From NCBI GenBank assembly GCA_963735035.1, contig CAVTJJ010000004.1, positions 1,504,001 through 1,568,000 of the forward strand: a DNA stretch of 64,000 nucleotides, given 5' to 3'. Within the stretch, counting starts at the first letter, position 1, and every line of letters begins with the position of its first letter. Positions 1-9,773 of this stretch are shown here, one piece after another. Origin of the DNA: an uncultured candidate division Zixibacteria bacterium. Lineage in GTDB: Bacteria; Zixibacteria; MSB-5A5; GN15; FEB-12. A program made the position numbers and the translations under genes. Under the pieces are notes generated by a model. The model did no database searches. It was not told the DNA's origin and saw only the letters and a program-made list of their open reading frames with translations.

Positions 1-175
1 ATGACGTTGACCGAACCGTCATCGCAGATGTACTATCAGACCGCCAGTCAGTAAATGCTTCCGCACACACCGGGAAAACCTTTCCTTACATGCATCTAAT
101 CGGGTAGCAAGTCCGATACCGCCAATCCATCCTAATGTGATATCACACAATCAGATGGCATTAGAGTCAGCCGTC

Positions 176-191
176 TTGGCATAGTCCTTGC
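176..191 (+). promoter_or_regulatory. sigma54 (-24/-12) promoter of the flgB operon
   Basis: TTGGCATAGTCCTTGC, with GG at 178-179 and GC at 190-191 in canonical spacing, about 35 nt before the flgB ATG. Confidence 0.8.
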
Positions 192-223
192 CTATACCTG
201 CGGTGACGAAATGTGACTGGGCT

Positions 224-643
224 ATGAGTATGGACAATAAACTTACCAATTTTCTGTTTCAATCCTCCGGTGTGCCGCGCTATGGCAGGTACCTGGACTT
301 GAGCAGTCTTCGCCACAAACTGGTATCCAGTAATGTGGCGAACGTCTCCACGCCCGGCTACAAAGCGGAAGATATCAACTTCGAAGACGAGCTGGCCAAA
401 TCATCGGGTAATACCCGGCGTCTGGCGGGAGTGGTCACACATGCCAACCATCTCCCGCTGGGCCAACATCCGGACAAGTTGCCGAAAGTGGAACGGACTA
501 AAGTCGAAGGTGAAGAATTGAACAGTGTCGATATCGACCGCGAAGTTCCCAAGATGGCTCAGAATGAAATCGAATATACCGTGGCGGCGAAGCTGTTGCA
601 GAAGAAGTTCGAAGGCCTGCACAAGGTGATTACGAGCAAGTAA
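224..643 (+). CDS. flgB: Flagellar basal-body rod protein FlgB
   Basis: SSNVANVSTPGYKAEDINF and NSVDIDRE motifs; start likely ATG 224 or 230 rather than TTG 188, which lies inside the promoter. Confidence 0.95.
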   Translation: MSMDNKLTNFLFQSSGVPRYGRYLDLSSLRHKLVSSNVANVSTPGYKAEDINFEDELAKSSGNTRRLAGVVTHANHLPLGQHPDKLPKVERTKVEGEELNSVDIDREVPKMAQNEIEYTVAAKLLQKKFEGLHKVITSK

Positions 644-653
644 GGATCTGACT

Positions 654-1148
654 ATGGGCGGACTAATTAACGCTATAGACATTTCAGCCCGCGGGCTGTC
701 GGCCCAGCGTGCCAAGATGAATATTGTCGCCGAAAACATGGCCAACGCCGAGACGGTGGAAACACCGGAAGGCGGCCCGTACAAGCGGCAGCGTGTGATA
801 ATCAGTTCCGAAGATACCAGAGTGCCTTTTTCTCGCGAGTTGTCGCGGGCTTCCACGCAACTGACCCGAACCAACTCGGAGCATATGCTCGGCCAAACAA
901 ATCTGAAGGTGGGTTCGGTCAACGTGTCGACCGTCGAACACAAGGAAATTGTCGATCCCAAATCCAACTTCCGGCTGGTGTACGATCCCACTCATCCCGA
1001 TGCCGACGCCGAGGGATTTGTGAAGATGCCCGATGTTGATATTGTTACTGAGATGGTAGATATGATGGCCGCGTCGCGCGCCTATGAAGCGAACACCAGT
1101 GTGATAGCGTCGGCCAAGAAGATGGCAATCGATGCGCTCGAAATATAG
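654..1148 (+). CDS. flgC: Flagellar basal-body rod protein FlgC
   Basis: AENMANAET..GGPYKRQ, YDPTHPDAD and EMVDMMAASRAYEAN motifs. Confidence 0.97.
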   Translation: MGGLINAIDISARGLSAQRAKMNIVAENMANAETVETPEGGPYKRQRVIISSEDTRVPFSRELSRASTQLTRTNSEHMLGQTNLKVGSVNVSTVEHKEIVDPKSNFRLVYDPTHPDADAEGFVKMPDVDIVTEMVDMMAASRAYEANTSVIASAKKMAIDALEI

Positions 1149-1157
1149 GAGAGAGCC

Positions 1158-1484
1158 ATGAAGGTTAACCCGTTAGGTATTCAAGCTTATCAGCAAGTCA
1201 ATCGGTCCGACCGGCCGACGTCCGACGCGGCTTCGCGTACCGGCCAGACCAACAACCAGAGTGTGGTAATCGAACCACAGTCCACAGTCAGCAAGTCAGC
1301 CCTGGCCGTCAAAGCGCCGTCAGGCAACTACGCCAAGTTTCTTTCCTCGGAAGAACGCCAGGCTCTCGATCTGCTGTTCGCGAAGTTCAGCGACTCCACC
1401 CGTTTCGGTTCGGCTTATGCGGCCGCGAGTGAAGAAGCATCCGGCGGTGAACAGCTCGGACGTCTGGTGGACGTAAAGGTATAA
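1158..1484 (+). CDS. Hypothetical flagellar-operon protein (108 aa)
   Basis: AGGAGAG RBS; tightly packed between flgC and fliE; no recognised family. Confidence 0.8.
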   Translation: MKVNPLGIQAYQQVNRSDRPTSDAASRTGQTNNQSVVIEPQSTVSKSALAVKAPSGNYAKFLSSEERQALDLLFAKFSDSTRFGSAYAAASEEASGGEQLGRLVDVKV

Positions 1485-1486
1485 TC

Positions 1487-1807
1487 GTGGCCACCGTAAT
1501 TCTCCCAGCCCAACGTCTGGTTCCCGGCCTGATCGAGAAGACCGGCACGGTTCCGCTCATTCCGCAGGAAGCGGTTGCGGCGGATCAGCCGAAGTTCTCG
1601 GAAATAGTCGGCAACATGCTGCAGTCGGTGAATCAGGTACAGCAGGCGTCGGCCGAAATCCAACAGGCCTTCCTGGCGGGGGAAGATGTCGAGTTGCACC
1701 AGATGATGATCAAGGCGGAAGAAGCGGGCGTATCAATGGACCTGCTCCTGGAAATCCGCAACCGTCTCGTGGACGGCTATAATGAGATTATGAAGATGCC
1801 ACTGTAG
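1487..1807 (+). CDS. fliE: Flagellar hook-basal body protein FliE
   Basis: ELHQMMIKAEEA..LLLEIRNRLVDGYNEIMKM C-terminus; position before fliF. Confidence 0.93.
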   Translation: MATVILPAQRLVPGLIEKTGTVPLIPQEAVAADQPKFSEIVGNMLQSVNQVQQASAEIQQAFLAGEDVELHQMMIKAEEAGVSMDLLLEIRNRLVDGYNEIMKMPL

Positions 1808-1868
1808 GATACGGTGACGTTACTATCCGGCCATGGATGGCTGGAAACAGGAAGATATAGGAAGTCGT

Positions 1869-3432
1869 ATGGAGTTCTTAAAAGACACCTTTAAGAACCT
1901 TGCTAAATTCGTCGGACGCATGACGACGAGCCAGGTGATGATGCTTTTCGGCATTCTGGCCGGCACCATCATTGGTATCGTCGTGGTCGTCGGATGGGTT
2001 TCGCAAGTCAGCTATTCTCGCCTCTACTCCGATGTCGATAACGCCGACGCGGGGGAGATCGTTAATTACCTCAACGACCAGCAGATTCCGTATCGTCTGA
2101 CCGACAACGGCCGCGCGATCGAGATTCCATCCGGCGATGTCTATAAGACCCGGATTTCTCTGGCCGCGGAAGGTATCCCCAAAGCAGGCAATATCGGCTA
2201 TTCCATTTTTGACCAGAACAATCTGGGCATGACCGATTTCCTTCAGAATCTCAATTTCAGACGCGCTCTCGAAGGCGAACTGACCAAGACCATTACCGAG
2301 CTGAGTGAAGTAGAAGCGGCTCGGGTGCATATTGTCATGCCGAAGGACCGTCTGTTCAAGGAAGACAAGAAAGAAGCAACCGCGTCGGTGGTTTTGAAAC
2401 TGGCCGGGAACTCCACTCTGACCAAACGTCAGATAACCGGCATCGCTCATCTGGTGGCCGCCTCGGTCGAAGGCCTCAAGCCGTCGAACATCGCGATCCT
2501 CGATTACGACGGCAATTTGCTGTCGTCGGGGCAGTCGGATGATCCGTTGGCCGGTCTGTCCAGTTCACAGATGGAAGTTCGCAAGAATGTCGAGCAGTAT
2601 CTTCAGGACAAAGCACAATCGCTTCTCGACGGCGTCCTCGGCGAAGGCAAGTCGGCTGTCCGCGTGACCGCCGAACTCGACTTCCAGCAATTGGAACGTA
2701 CCTCCGAACAGTACGATCCCAACTCCGCCACCGATACGGAGCGAGGAACGCACCAAGACCAACAACACTAACAGCGATAAAGCCGCCGAGACGAGCCAAT
2801 CTCAGGCGCAGGAAAACAACGAGACCACGGTTACGAACTACGAAATCAATAAGACAGTCGAACACTTGATCAACGCGGTTGGCGGTATCCAGCGGCTTTC
2901 GGTCGCCGTGATGGTAGATGGCACCTACAACCAGGTGCCGAATGCCGACGGTCAAACCGAGAGCATCTATCAACCGAGACCGCAGGAAGAACTCGACCGC
3001 CTGGCTTCGGTCGTCCGCACTACTCTTGGTCTGAATACCGAGCGCAACGATCAGATCGAAATCGTGAACATGCCTTTCGATCGGAACGATCTGGTGGCTG
3101 ACCGTCAGGCGCTGGATACGATGTACCAGCGCGACTTCTATGTCGACATCGCCAAGAAGGTGTTGCTCGTGATGCTCGGCATCCTGGTGCTGTTCTACCT
3201 AAAGCGCAAAGCAGGCAAGCTGTTCAGGTCCCTCGCGACGATAGCGCCGCCCCGCCACACGGTGCTACAGACAGCCAGAACAATGGCACAACAACAAATT
3301 GAAGAGCAGGAAGAAGTACAGCCGATTGTGGCTGAGAAACGTCGACCAACTCTCGTCGACCAGATGCAGAAAACGGCCAAGGAACAACCGGAAGAGATGG
3401 CGCGCGTCATTCGCACCATTATGTCCGAGTAG
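1869..3432 (+). CDS. fliF: Flagellar M-ring protein FliF; apparent +1 frameshift near 2733
   Basis: RALEGELTKTI..ARVHIVMP..LF motif in ORF 1833-2771; removing one base at about 2733 gives IRSEE..TTVTNYEINKT..RLSVAV, continuing into ORF 2866-3432. Confidence 0.93.
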
Positions 3433-3439
3433 GTGAGTT

Positions 3440-4450
3440 ATGAACTACGAAAGCATGACAGCCATTCAGAAAGCCGCGGTGGCCCTGGTCGCGTTCGGTC
3501 CGGAAGTTTCCGCCCACGTGCTCAAGGGCATGGGCGAAGCCGATCTGGAAGCCATCACGATTGAAATTGCCAATCTGCGCGATGTCCCGGCGGAAGTTGA
3601 AGCGAAGGTAGTCGACGAGTGCTATCAGATCTTCATGGCGCGCCAGTACATCTCCCAGGGCGGTATTGATTTCGCATCGGAGATTCTGGAGAAAGCTGTG
3701 GGTTCGACCAAGGCGCATGAAATCTTGAAGCGCCTCGAATCCACGTTCGTCAACAAAGGCTTTTCGCTGTTGAAAGACATCGATCCCAAGCAGCTCAGCG
3801 GCTTCTTTCAGAACGAGCATCCGCAGACCACCGCTCTGGTGCTGACACAGCTTAATCCGCAGCAGGCGGCGGCGGTGCTTTCGGAGTTGGCCCCGGAACT
3901 GCAATCTGAAGTCGCCCTTCGCATCGCTACCATGGAGAAGATATCTCCGGAAATTCTGAAAGAAGTCGAAGGCACTCTGGAACACCATTTTGGAGGCGAC
4001 TCCGGACGTGATCTGTCGGTTTCCGGCGGCGCCAAAGCTATTGCTGAAATTCTGAACCTGATCGATACGACCGCCGAAAAGAATATTCTACAGTCGCTCG
4101 AAGCGGAGAACGCCGATCTCGCGGCTGAAGTCAAGAACATGATGTTCGTGTTCGATGACTTGATCTTACTCGACGATCGTTCGATCCAGCGCCTTCTCAA
4201 AGAAGTGGAAACGAAAGACCTGTCAACCGCGCTCAAGGCGGCGAGCGAAGAGGTCAAGAACAAGATCTTCGCCAACGTCTCGGAGCGTGTGTCGATTATG
4301 ATCAAGGAAGAGATGGAGTTCATGGGCCCGACCCGTCTGTCCGATGTCGAGGCGGCCCAGGGTCGAATCGTCGAATCGGTCCGTCGACTCGAAGAAGAAG
4401 GCCAGATCATCATCTCCGGCCGCGGCGGTAAAGAGGATATCATTGTCTAA
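3440..4450 (+). CDS. fliG: Flagellar motor switch protein FliG
   Basis: EHPQT and MFVFDDL motifs; MGPTRLSDVEAAQ torque helix. Confidence 0.97.
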   Translation: MNYESMTAIQKAAVALVAFGPEVSAHVLKGMGEADLEAITIEIANLRDVPAEVEAKVVDECYQIFMARQYISQGGIDFASEILEKAVGSTKAHEILKRLESTFVNKGFSLLKDIDPKQLSGFFQNEHPQTTALVLTQLNPQQAAAVLSELAPELQSEVALRIATMEKISPEILKEVEGTLEHHFGGDSGRDLSVSGGAKAIAEILNLIDTTAEKNILQSLEAENADLAAEVKNMMFVFDDLILLDDRSIQRLLKEVETKDLSTALKAASEEVKNKIFANVSERVSIMIKEEMEFMGPTRLSDVEAAQGRIVESVRRLEEEGQIIISGRGGKEDIIV

Positions 4451-5144
4451 AGTCATTCGATACAACGCCGACGGTCCAACCGTGTTTATCGGCGAGAAGC
4501 AGCGCGATGCCCAGGCGGAGAGCCGGTCCGCGCAGCGACTCGGCCAGATGTTCCCCAAGGTGTCGCTTATTACAACTCCTGACGGCGCTCGTCTGATGCC
4601 CATTTCTGAAGTGGCAAAGCTCGATGAGCGCATGTCGGAAGAATGTGACAAGTCACGCAAACAGGGTTTCGATCAGGGATATCAGGTTGGCATGGAGAAG
4701 GGGCTGGACGAAGCCCGCAAAGTGCTGCGTCAGTTCGAAAAGGCCATCGAAGATGCTGTCAACCAGCGTATCGCGCTGCTCGAAGAAGCAAAGCAGAAGG
4801 TACTCGAACTGGTCATTCAGGTCAGTCGGAAGATCACTTTCGACGGTCTTCAGGTGGATCAGGAAGCCACTCTGACCATGATCGAGGGAGTAATCAATCA
4901 ACTGGTAGATCGATCCCGTCTGCGTATCAAAGTCCACCCGGATCACCTGCCTCTGATGGAACAGAACATGAATCGATTTCTGTCGAGCTCAACTTCCATC
5001 AAGGACCTTACTTTTCAAGCGGACCCACGGGTGCGGATCGGTGGTTGCTTTATCGAAACCCCGACCGGCGACATCGACGCCCGGCTTACCTCGCAATTTG
5101 ACGTTATCGAGACCACCCTGCGGGGCGGAGCGGAGGGCGCGTGA
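4443..5144 (+). CDS. fliH: Flagellar assembly protein FliH
   Basis: GxxxG repeats (GFDQGYQVGMEKG) and GGCFIETPTGDIDAR; likely TTG start at 4443 overlapping the fliG end. Confidence 0.9.
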   Translation: MSKVIRYNADGPTVFIGEKQRDAQAESRSAQRLGQMFPKVSLITTPDGARLMPISEVAKLDERMSEECDKSRKQGFDQGYQVGMEKGLDEARKVLRQFEKAIEDAVNQRIALLEEAKQKVLELVIQVSRKITFDGLQVDQEATLTMIEGVINQLVDRSRLRIKVHPDHLPLMEQNMNRFLSSSTSIKDLTFQADPRVRIGGCFIETPTGDIDARLTSQFDVIETTLRGGAEGA

Positions 5145-6490
5145 GTTATGTCCTCTACGACATGTACGTCGACCGCATCAAGCGCGCCAGCACGATCAAG
5201 CAATTTGGCAAGGTCACGCAGGTCGTTGGCCTGGTGATCGAATCCGCCGGACCGGCCATTTCAATCGGCCGGTTGTGTCATATTGAAAATCACGACGGCA
5301 GCACTATCCTCGCGGAGGTGGTAGGCTTTCGCGATGATCGGCTGCTGCTCATGCCATACGGGCCGATAAGCGGCATCAACCCCGGCGCCATTGTAACATC
5401 GACCTCGGATCAACTTCGCATCCCTGTCGGCCCCACGCTTATTGGCCGAGTCCTGGGCGGCCTGGGTCAGCCAATTGATAGCAAGGGACCGGTTGCCTCT
5501 GGGATTACCCGGCCCGTTTCGTCGAGCCCAATTCCGGTACTGAGTCGTCGACGAATAACCGAACCGATTCGCACTGGCATTAAGGCGATTGATGTGATGA
5601 CGACAGTCGGCAAGGGACAGCGGCTGGGCGTTTTCGCGGGATCAGGAGTTGGCAAATCAGTAATGCTGGGCATGATCGCCCGGAATTCATCGGCTGATAT
5701 AAACGTGATCGCTCTCATCGGCGAGCGCGGTCGTGAAGTGAAAGAGTTTATCGAGCGCGACCTGGGCGAAGAGGGTCTGAAGAGATCAATCGTTGTCGCG
5801 GTCAGCTCGGATCAGCCTGCACTGGTTCGAATTAAAGGTGCGATGGTGGCTACGGCTATCGCGGAGTACTTCCGCGAGCAGGGGAAAGACGTCCTGCTTC
5901 TCATGGACTCGGTCACGCGCGTGGCTATCGCCCAACGCGAAATCGGTCTGGCGGTAGGCGAACCACCCGCCACGAAGGGATATACACCATCTGTCTTCGC
6001 GCTTCTGCCGACACTTCTCGAACGAGCCGGTTGTGACCAACACGGGTCAATCACAGGTCTCTACGCCGTGCTGGTCGAAGCCGACGATTTCAATGAACCG
6101 ATCTCGGACGCTGTGCGTTCGATTCTCGACGGCCACGTGGCCTTGTCGCGCCGGCTCGCGTCGCTGAACCAGTATCCGGCGGTGGATGTGCTCGATTCGA
6201 TCTCACGATTGATGAAAGATGTTTCGACTGAAGAAGAGGTCCAACTGGCGGGCGAAGTCAGGGAGTTGTTCTCAGTTTATACTGAAGCTGAAGATTTGAT
6301 CAACATCGGCGCCTATGTCAAAGGCTCCAATCCTCGCATCGACCGGGCGATCGATAAATTCGATCCGCTGCGTCGACTTCTGAGGCAGGGCATCAACGAG
6401 CGTGTCGTTCACAACGACGTTATCGCTCAATTAAGAGAAATTCTCCACGGAGTAACCAGTGGCAGTCAAAAGGTTTCGATACCGGCTTGA
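5141..6490 (+). CDS. fliI: Flagellum-specific ATPase FliI
   Basis: Walker A AGSGVGKS, IGERGRE, DSVTR and GEPPATKGY motifs. Confidence 0.97.
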   Translation: MSYVLYDMYVDRIKRASTIKQFGKVTQVVGLVIESAGPAISIGRLCHIENHDGSTILAEVVGFRDDRLLLMPYGPISGINPGAIVTSTSDQLRIPVGPTLIGRVLGGLGQPIDSKGPVASGITRPVSSSPIPVLSRRRITEPIRTGIKAIDVMTTVGKGQRLGVFAGSGVGKSVMLGMIARNSSADINVIALIGERGREVKEFIERDLGEEGLKRSIVVAVSSDQPALVRIKGAMVATAIAEYFREQGKDVLLLMDSVTRVAIAQREIGLAVGEPPATKGYTPSVFALLPTLLERAGCDQHGSITGLYAVLVEADDFNEPISDAVRSILDGHVALSRRLASLNQYPAVDVLDSISRLMKDVSTEEEVQLAGEVRELFSVYTEAEDLINIGAYVKGSNPRIDRAIDKFDPLRRLLRQGINERVVHNDVIAQLREILHGVTSGSQKVSIPA

Positions 6491-6917
6491 ACCTCTTCTA
6501 AAGATCAGGCAACACCGCGAGAAAGAGCGGCAGAAGGAACATGCTGCGGCCATTCAGCAGGTACTCAAGCAGAAACTGGAATTGACCGCGATTGATCGCT
6601 GTCGTCTGGATACCCTCGATCATCAACGCCTGCAGCAAGTGGGAAAGTTCTCTATTGCCGATGCTCTCGTCTGTTCACGCTACCTGGTGAAACTCAAGCG
6701 TGAGCGGATGGCCGGTAACGGGCTCCTGCACGGTCTCGAAAAGGAGGCCGAGAAGAAACGCCGCAAGCTGGTCGATGCCGCCCGCGAACGAAAAATCTAC
6801 GAAATGCTCAAAGATAAGCAGCAGCTCCGGCATCGTCAGGCGATTGAAAAGCAGGAACAGAAAGAACTCGACGAGGTCGCTATAGTCGCTTTTCGTCGCA
6901 ACAAACAAAACGGGTGA
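6459..6917 (+). CDS. fliJ: Flagellar export protein FliJ
   Basis: FRYRLEPLL N-terminus, coiled coil, EQKELDE C-terminus; follows fliI. Confidence 0.9.
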   Translation: MAVKRFRYRLEPLLKIRQHREKERQKEHAAAIQQVLKQKLELTAIDRCRLDTLDHQRLQQVGKFSIADALVCSRYLVKLKRERMAGNGLLHGLEKEAEKKRRKLVDAARERKIYEMLKDKQQLRHRQAIEKQEQKELDEVAIVAFRRNKQNG

Positions 6918-6937
6918 CGGCGTTTAACCGTCACCCG
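6911..6937. terminator. Hairpin between the convergent fliJ and secreted-protein genes
   Basis: CGGGTGACGG-cgtttaa-CCGTCACCCG, a 10-bp stem preceded by an A-rich run (U-tract on the minus strand). Confidence 0.7.
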
Positions 6938-6976
6938 ACCCTCAAAATCAATTGGTGTCAGTCAGGGATGAGGGCA

Positions 6977-8279
6977 CTATTTCAGCAAGAGCATCTTCTT
7001 GGTGTCCTGGAAACCGGGGGCAGTAACCCGGTAGAAGTACACTCCGGTCGCAAGAGGGGCACCGGAATCGTCGTGGCTGTCAAATATCATGCGATGAACG
7101 CCCGCCTGAAGGTCTCGATTGACCAACATCCGAACGCGACGCCCTAACACGTTGAACACCTCAACTTCGACTCGCCCGGATCGGGGGAGACTCAATTCTA
7201 TTGTCGTAGTGGGGTTGAACGGGTTGGGATAGTTCTGTGCGAGATAGTAGTCGGACGGCAAGTTCAGTTCGCCCGGATTATCTACCACGTCAGTAATGGC
7301 TTTGACCGACACGCCGCCGGGACGGAAAATGGGCGTGATTACTTCGCTGCCGTCGGCAACTGTCAGGGTGAGGCGAGTCTGATATGAGATACCGATTGTA
7401 GTCGAATCTATTGTGATTATGCCGTTAGGGGCGGTCGGCGCGATCATAAAGTGCAGCGTGGCTATCGATCCCGTACCGGGGTCCAAGGGCAGGCCGTCAG
7501 CAAATTCGATCTTCGCGTACACTTGATGCACATCCGTCTGGGGTTGAATTGTCTTGCTGGGGGCTGTAAGGCAGCGAGTGCCCGTGAAAGTTACGGAATC
7601 TAGAGTCAAATCGGTGGAGCCATAGTCCAAAGCCAGCTCAATGGCCGCGACATTGCGTTCATTGTAGCCGAAAACGTCGACCGCTACCGGTGTGCCCGGC
7701 GCGGCTTCCACGTTGGCGATCCAGACCGAATCGAACGTGGTGGGAGTTTCCAGAATGCTCAACTGCCCGGGAATGAATTGTGGTTTGAAAGGCTGACTGC
7801 CTATGTAAGTACCAAAGTTATTAGAATGCTGTCTCAGGTCCACCATCCACGTGGTGCTGTCAATGCTTATTTGTTGGGGTGAGATGGTCTGAGAATAGGA
7901 GAGGTAGAGATGCCCCAGCAGGCCGCTGCCGACCGGGATCGGTGTGGTGCGCACAAAAGCGGTGATGGAGGCAATATTCGAATCGGCGTTGATCAAGACA
8001 TAACGGGTGTAGGCCGCCTGATCTAGGCGTCCGCCTGCAAACGAAAACGAGTCAATCTTGACCTGACTGGAATACTGGCGGAGTGTAATCTCCACGTAGC
8101 TGAGGTCCTCATCATTGACGAACCTGACTGGTACTACCCCGATGCCTGAGACAAAGGAAGTGACGGAATCGACCCTGACCGTATCCGGAGCACCCGGGTC
8201 GGGAGCCGCCAACAAGGGGGAGATTCCCCCAACAAAGAGCTAACGCTGTCAGAAAGAATAACTGTCTTGTTTTTCGCAT
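6977..8279 (-). CDS. Secreted protein with two cohesin-like beta domains and a T9SS type A-like C-terminal sorting domain; apparent +1 frameshift near 8216-8230
   Basis: C-terminus LAQNYPNPFNPTTTI..GVYFYRV..TKKMLLLK; repeated D(T/S)VxxxxV..V(P/D)V..N..DS(F/V)xFxG units; signal peptide MRKTRQLFFLTALALCWG starts at 8279 in a neighbouring frame. Confidence 0.85.
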
Positions 8280-8544
8280 ATTATGAGGTTCCAAAATCAT
8301 GGACCCTATCAAGCAAAAAGCATGCGCCTAGTCTCTTTAACCAAATAATCACTTTCCGGTTTCAACTTACTTCTGGGCCGTTGCTTGTATCTGATTGTGA
8401 GGCTGAAGGTTTTGCGCTTGGCTCGACAACAGGAAAAGTGCCCCGGCAGGATTCGGAAATTCTCTTTCAGGCGACCGTGCGCAACAGACTTCGCAATCGA
8501 GGCGAATCGGTGGCGGTAGCTCGCTGTGCATCTTATGAGCAGAC

Positions 8545-8571
8545 TCAGGATTTGGTGCCTGTCGCCGATAA
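8545..8571 (+). promoter_or_regulatory. sigma28 (FliA)-type promoter
   Basis: TCAG-N15-GCCGATAA, with a perfect -10 element. Confidence 0.65.
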
Positions 8572-8596
8572 TTCAGGTATGAAGGCATCGCTCGTA

Positions 8597-8848
8597 ATGA
8601 AGAACAACGTTCGTTGTGCATATCTGAAGGCCTGCTATCTGGGAGAGGCCCAGGAGTGCTTCGGCTTCAAGGTTGATTGTCCGCTCTACATGAAATCCAA
8701 CGGTGAGCCGTGCAACGAAGCACGATTTCACGCCGCTATGGACCGTCTGATCGTGCGCACCAAGACCCGCCACGATATGATAAATAACAACCAGACGGGC
8801 CAAATGCAGCCGGATCCAAAGTCCACCAAGACACCGGCTTCATCTTAG
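8597..8848 (+). CDS. Small cysteine-rich hypothetical protein (about 83 aa; alternative start 8579)
   Basis: C-x5-C-x7-C-x6-C-x10-C pattern; directly downstream of the sigma28-type promoter; 3' part of ORF 8267-8848. Confidence 0.65.
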   Translation: MKNNVRCAYLKACYLGEAQECFGFKVDCPLYMKSNGEPCNEARFHAAMDRLIVRTKTRHDMINNNQTGQMQPDPKSTKTPASS

Positions 8849-8970
8849 AAAATATTTCCTCTGCCGGCAGAAGTTACTTCCGGAAAAGTCGACTCCAAGA
8901 AGTCCGCTCGACCCGACGAATTTCGTCAAATGTGTTGTCGTACAACGCGTTGACAATCTGTCGCCGGGTT

Positions 8971-8987
8971 CTGGCATGCTCCCTGCA
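8971..8987 (+). promoter_or_regulatory. sigma54 promoter of the flgF operon
   Basis: CTGGCATGCTCCCTGCA, with GG at 8973-8974 and GC at 8985-8986. Confidence 0.75.
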
Positions 8988-9008
8988 TTACTCTGGACGG
9001 AGAAGACT

Positions 9009-9741
9009 ATGATTAAAGGTATTTACAAGTCCGCATCCGGCATGCTGCCGCACATCGACAAGCAGGACGCCATCGCGAATAACATCGCCAACGTCGGCAC
9101 CACCGGATTCAAGAAGAACGTCGTTTTCATCAAGGAACTGGCCCGCGCTGAAGATAAGCTCAAGCCGAAGAAGTCGGATTGGGAGAATACCGTCTCCGAC
9201 TACGTGAGAGTCGACCAGACTTCCGGCACTTTCGACAAGACTTCCAACCCGCTCGATCTGGCGATTGAAGGCGACGGCTTCTTTGCGCTTGCAGTCGACC
9301 GACGGAGCGACCGTCCTGACCCGCTCCGGTTCGTTCGTGATCGACAACGAAGGCTTTCTGGCTTTCGACGGCGGTTTCCGGGTGATGGGTGAGGGCGGGC
9401 CGATTCAAGTCGGTTCCGGCTCTATGGCAGTCGCGCAGAACGGCGAAGTCCAGGTTGATGGCACTTCAGCCGGTCGAATAGTAGCCCGCACAGTGCCCGA
9501 CGCTACCAAGCTTCAAAGACTCGGCGGATCGCTTTTCGCGGTTCCCCCCGGACAGACACTAACCGCCTCTCCGTACGCCACGATTCAACAGGGATATCTG
9601 GAGACATCGAACGTCGACGTGGTCACCGAGATGGTCGATATGATTGTCGCTTACCGCACCTATGAGGCCAACGCTCGCGCCCTGCAGACTCAGGACAGTA
9701 CGCTGGACAACCTCATGAAGAACGTGGCGACCAAAGGATAG
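9009..9741 (+). CDS. flgF: Flagellar basal-body rod protein FlgF; apparent +1 frameshift near 9288
   Basis: ANNIANVGTTGFKK and NPLDLAIEGDGFF in one frame; TRSGSF and GYLETSNVDVVTEMVDMI in the next frame. Confidence 0.9.
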
Positions 9742-9773
9742 CAAAGAAGAACTACTGAAATAGGAGTGCCAGG

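Noticed and set aside
1..54. Open frame ending at TAA 52-54
   Set aside because: Probably the tail of an upstream gene, but too short to identify
8311..8330. sigma54-like element on the minus strand before the cohesin-like gene
   Set aside because: TTGCT is present but the GG is not at the required spacing
8267..8578. 5' part of the 193-aa ORF 8267-8848
   Set aside because: Overlaps the divergent gene start and promoter region; only the 3' Cys-rich part looks coding
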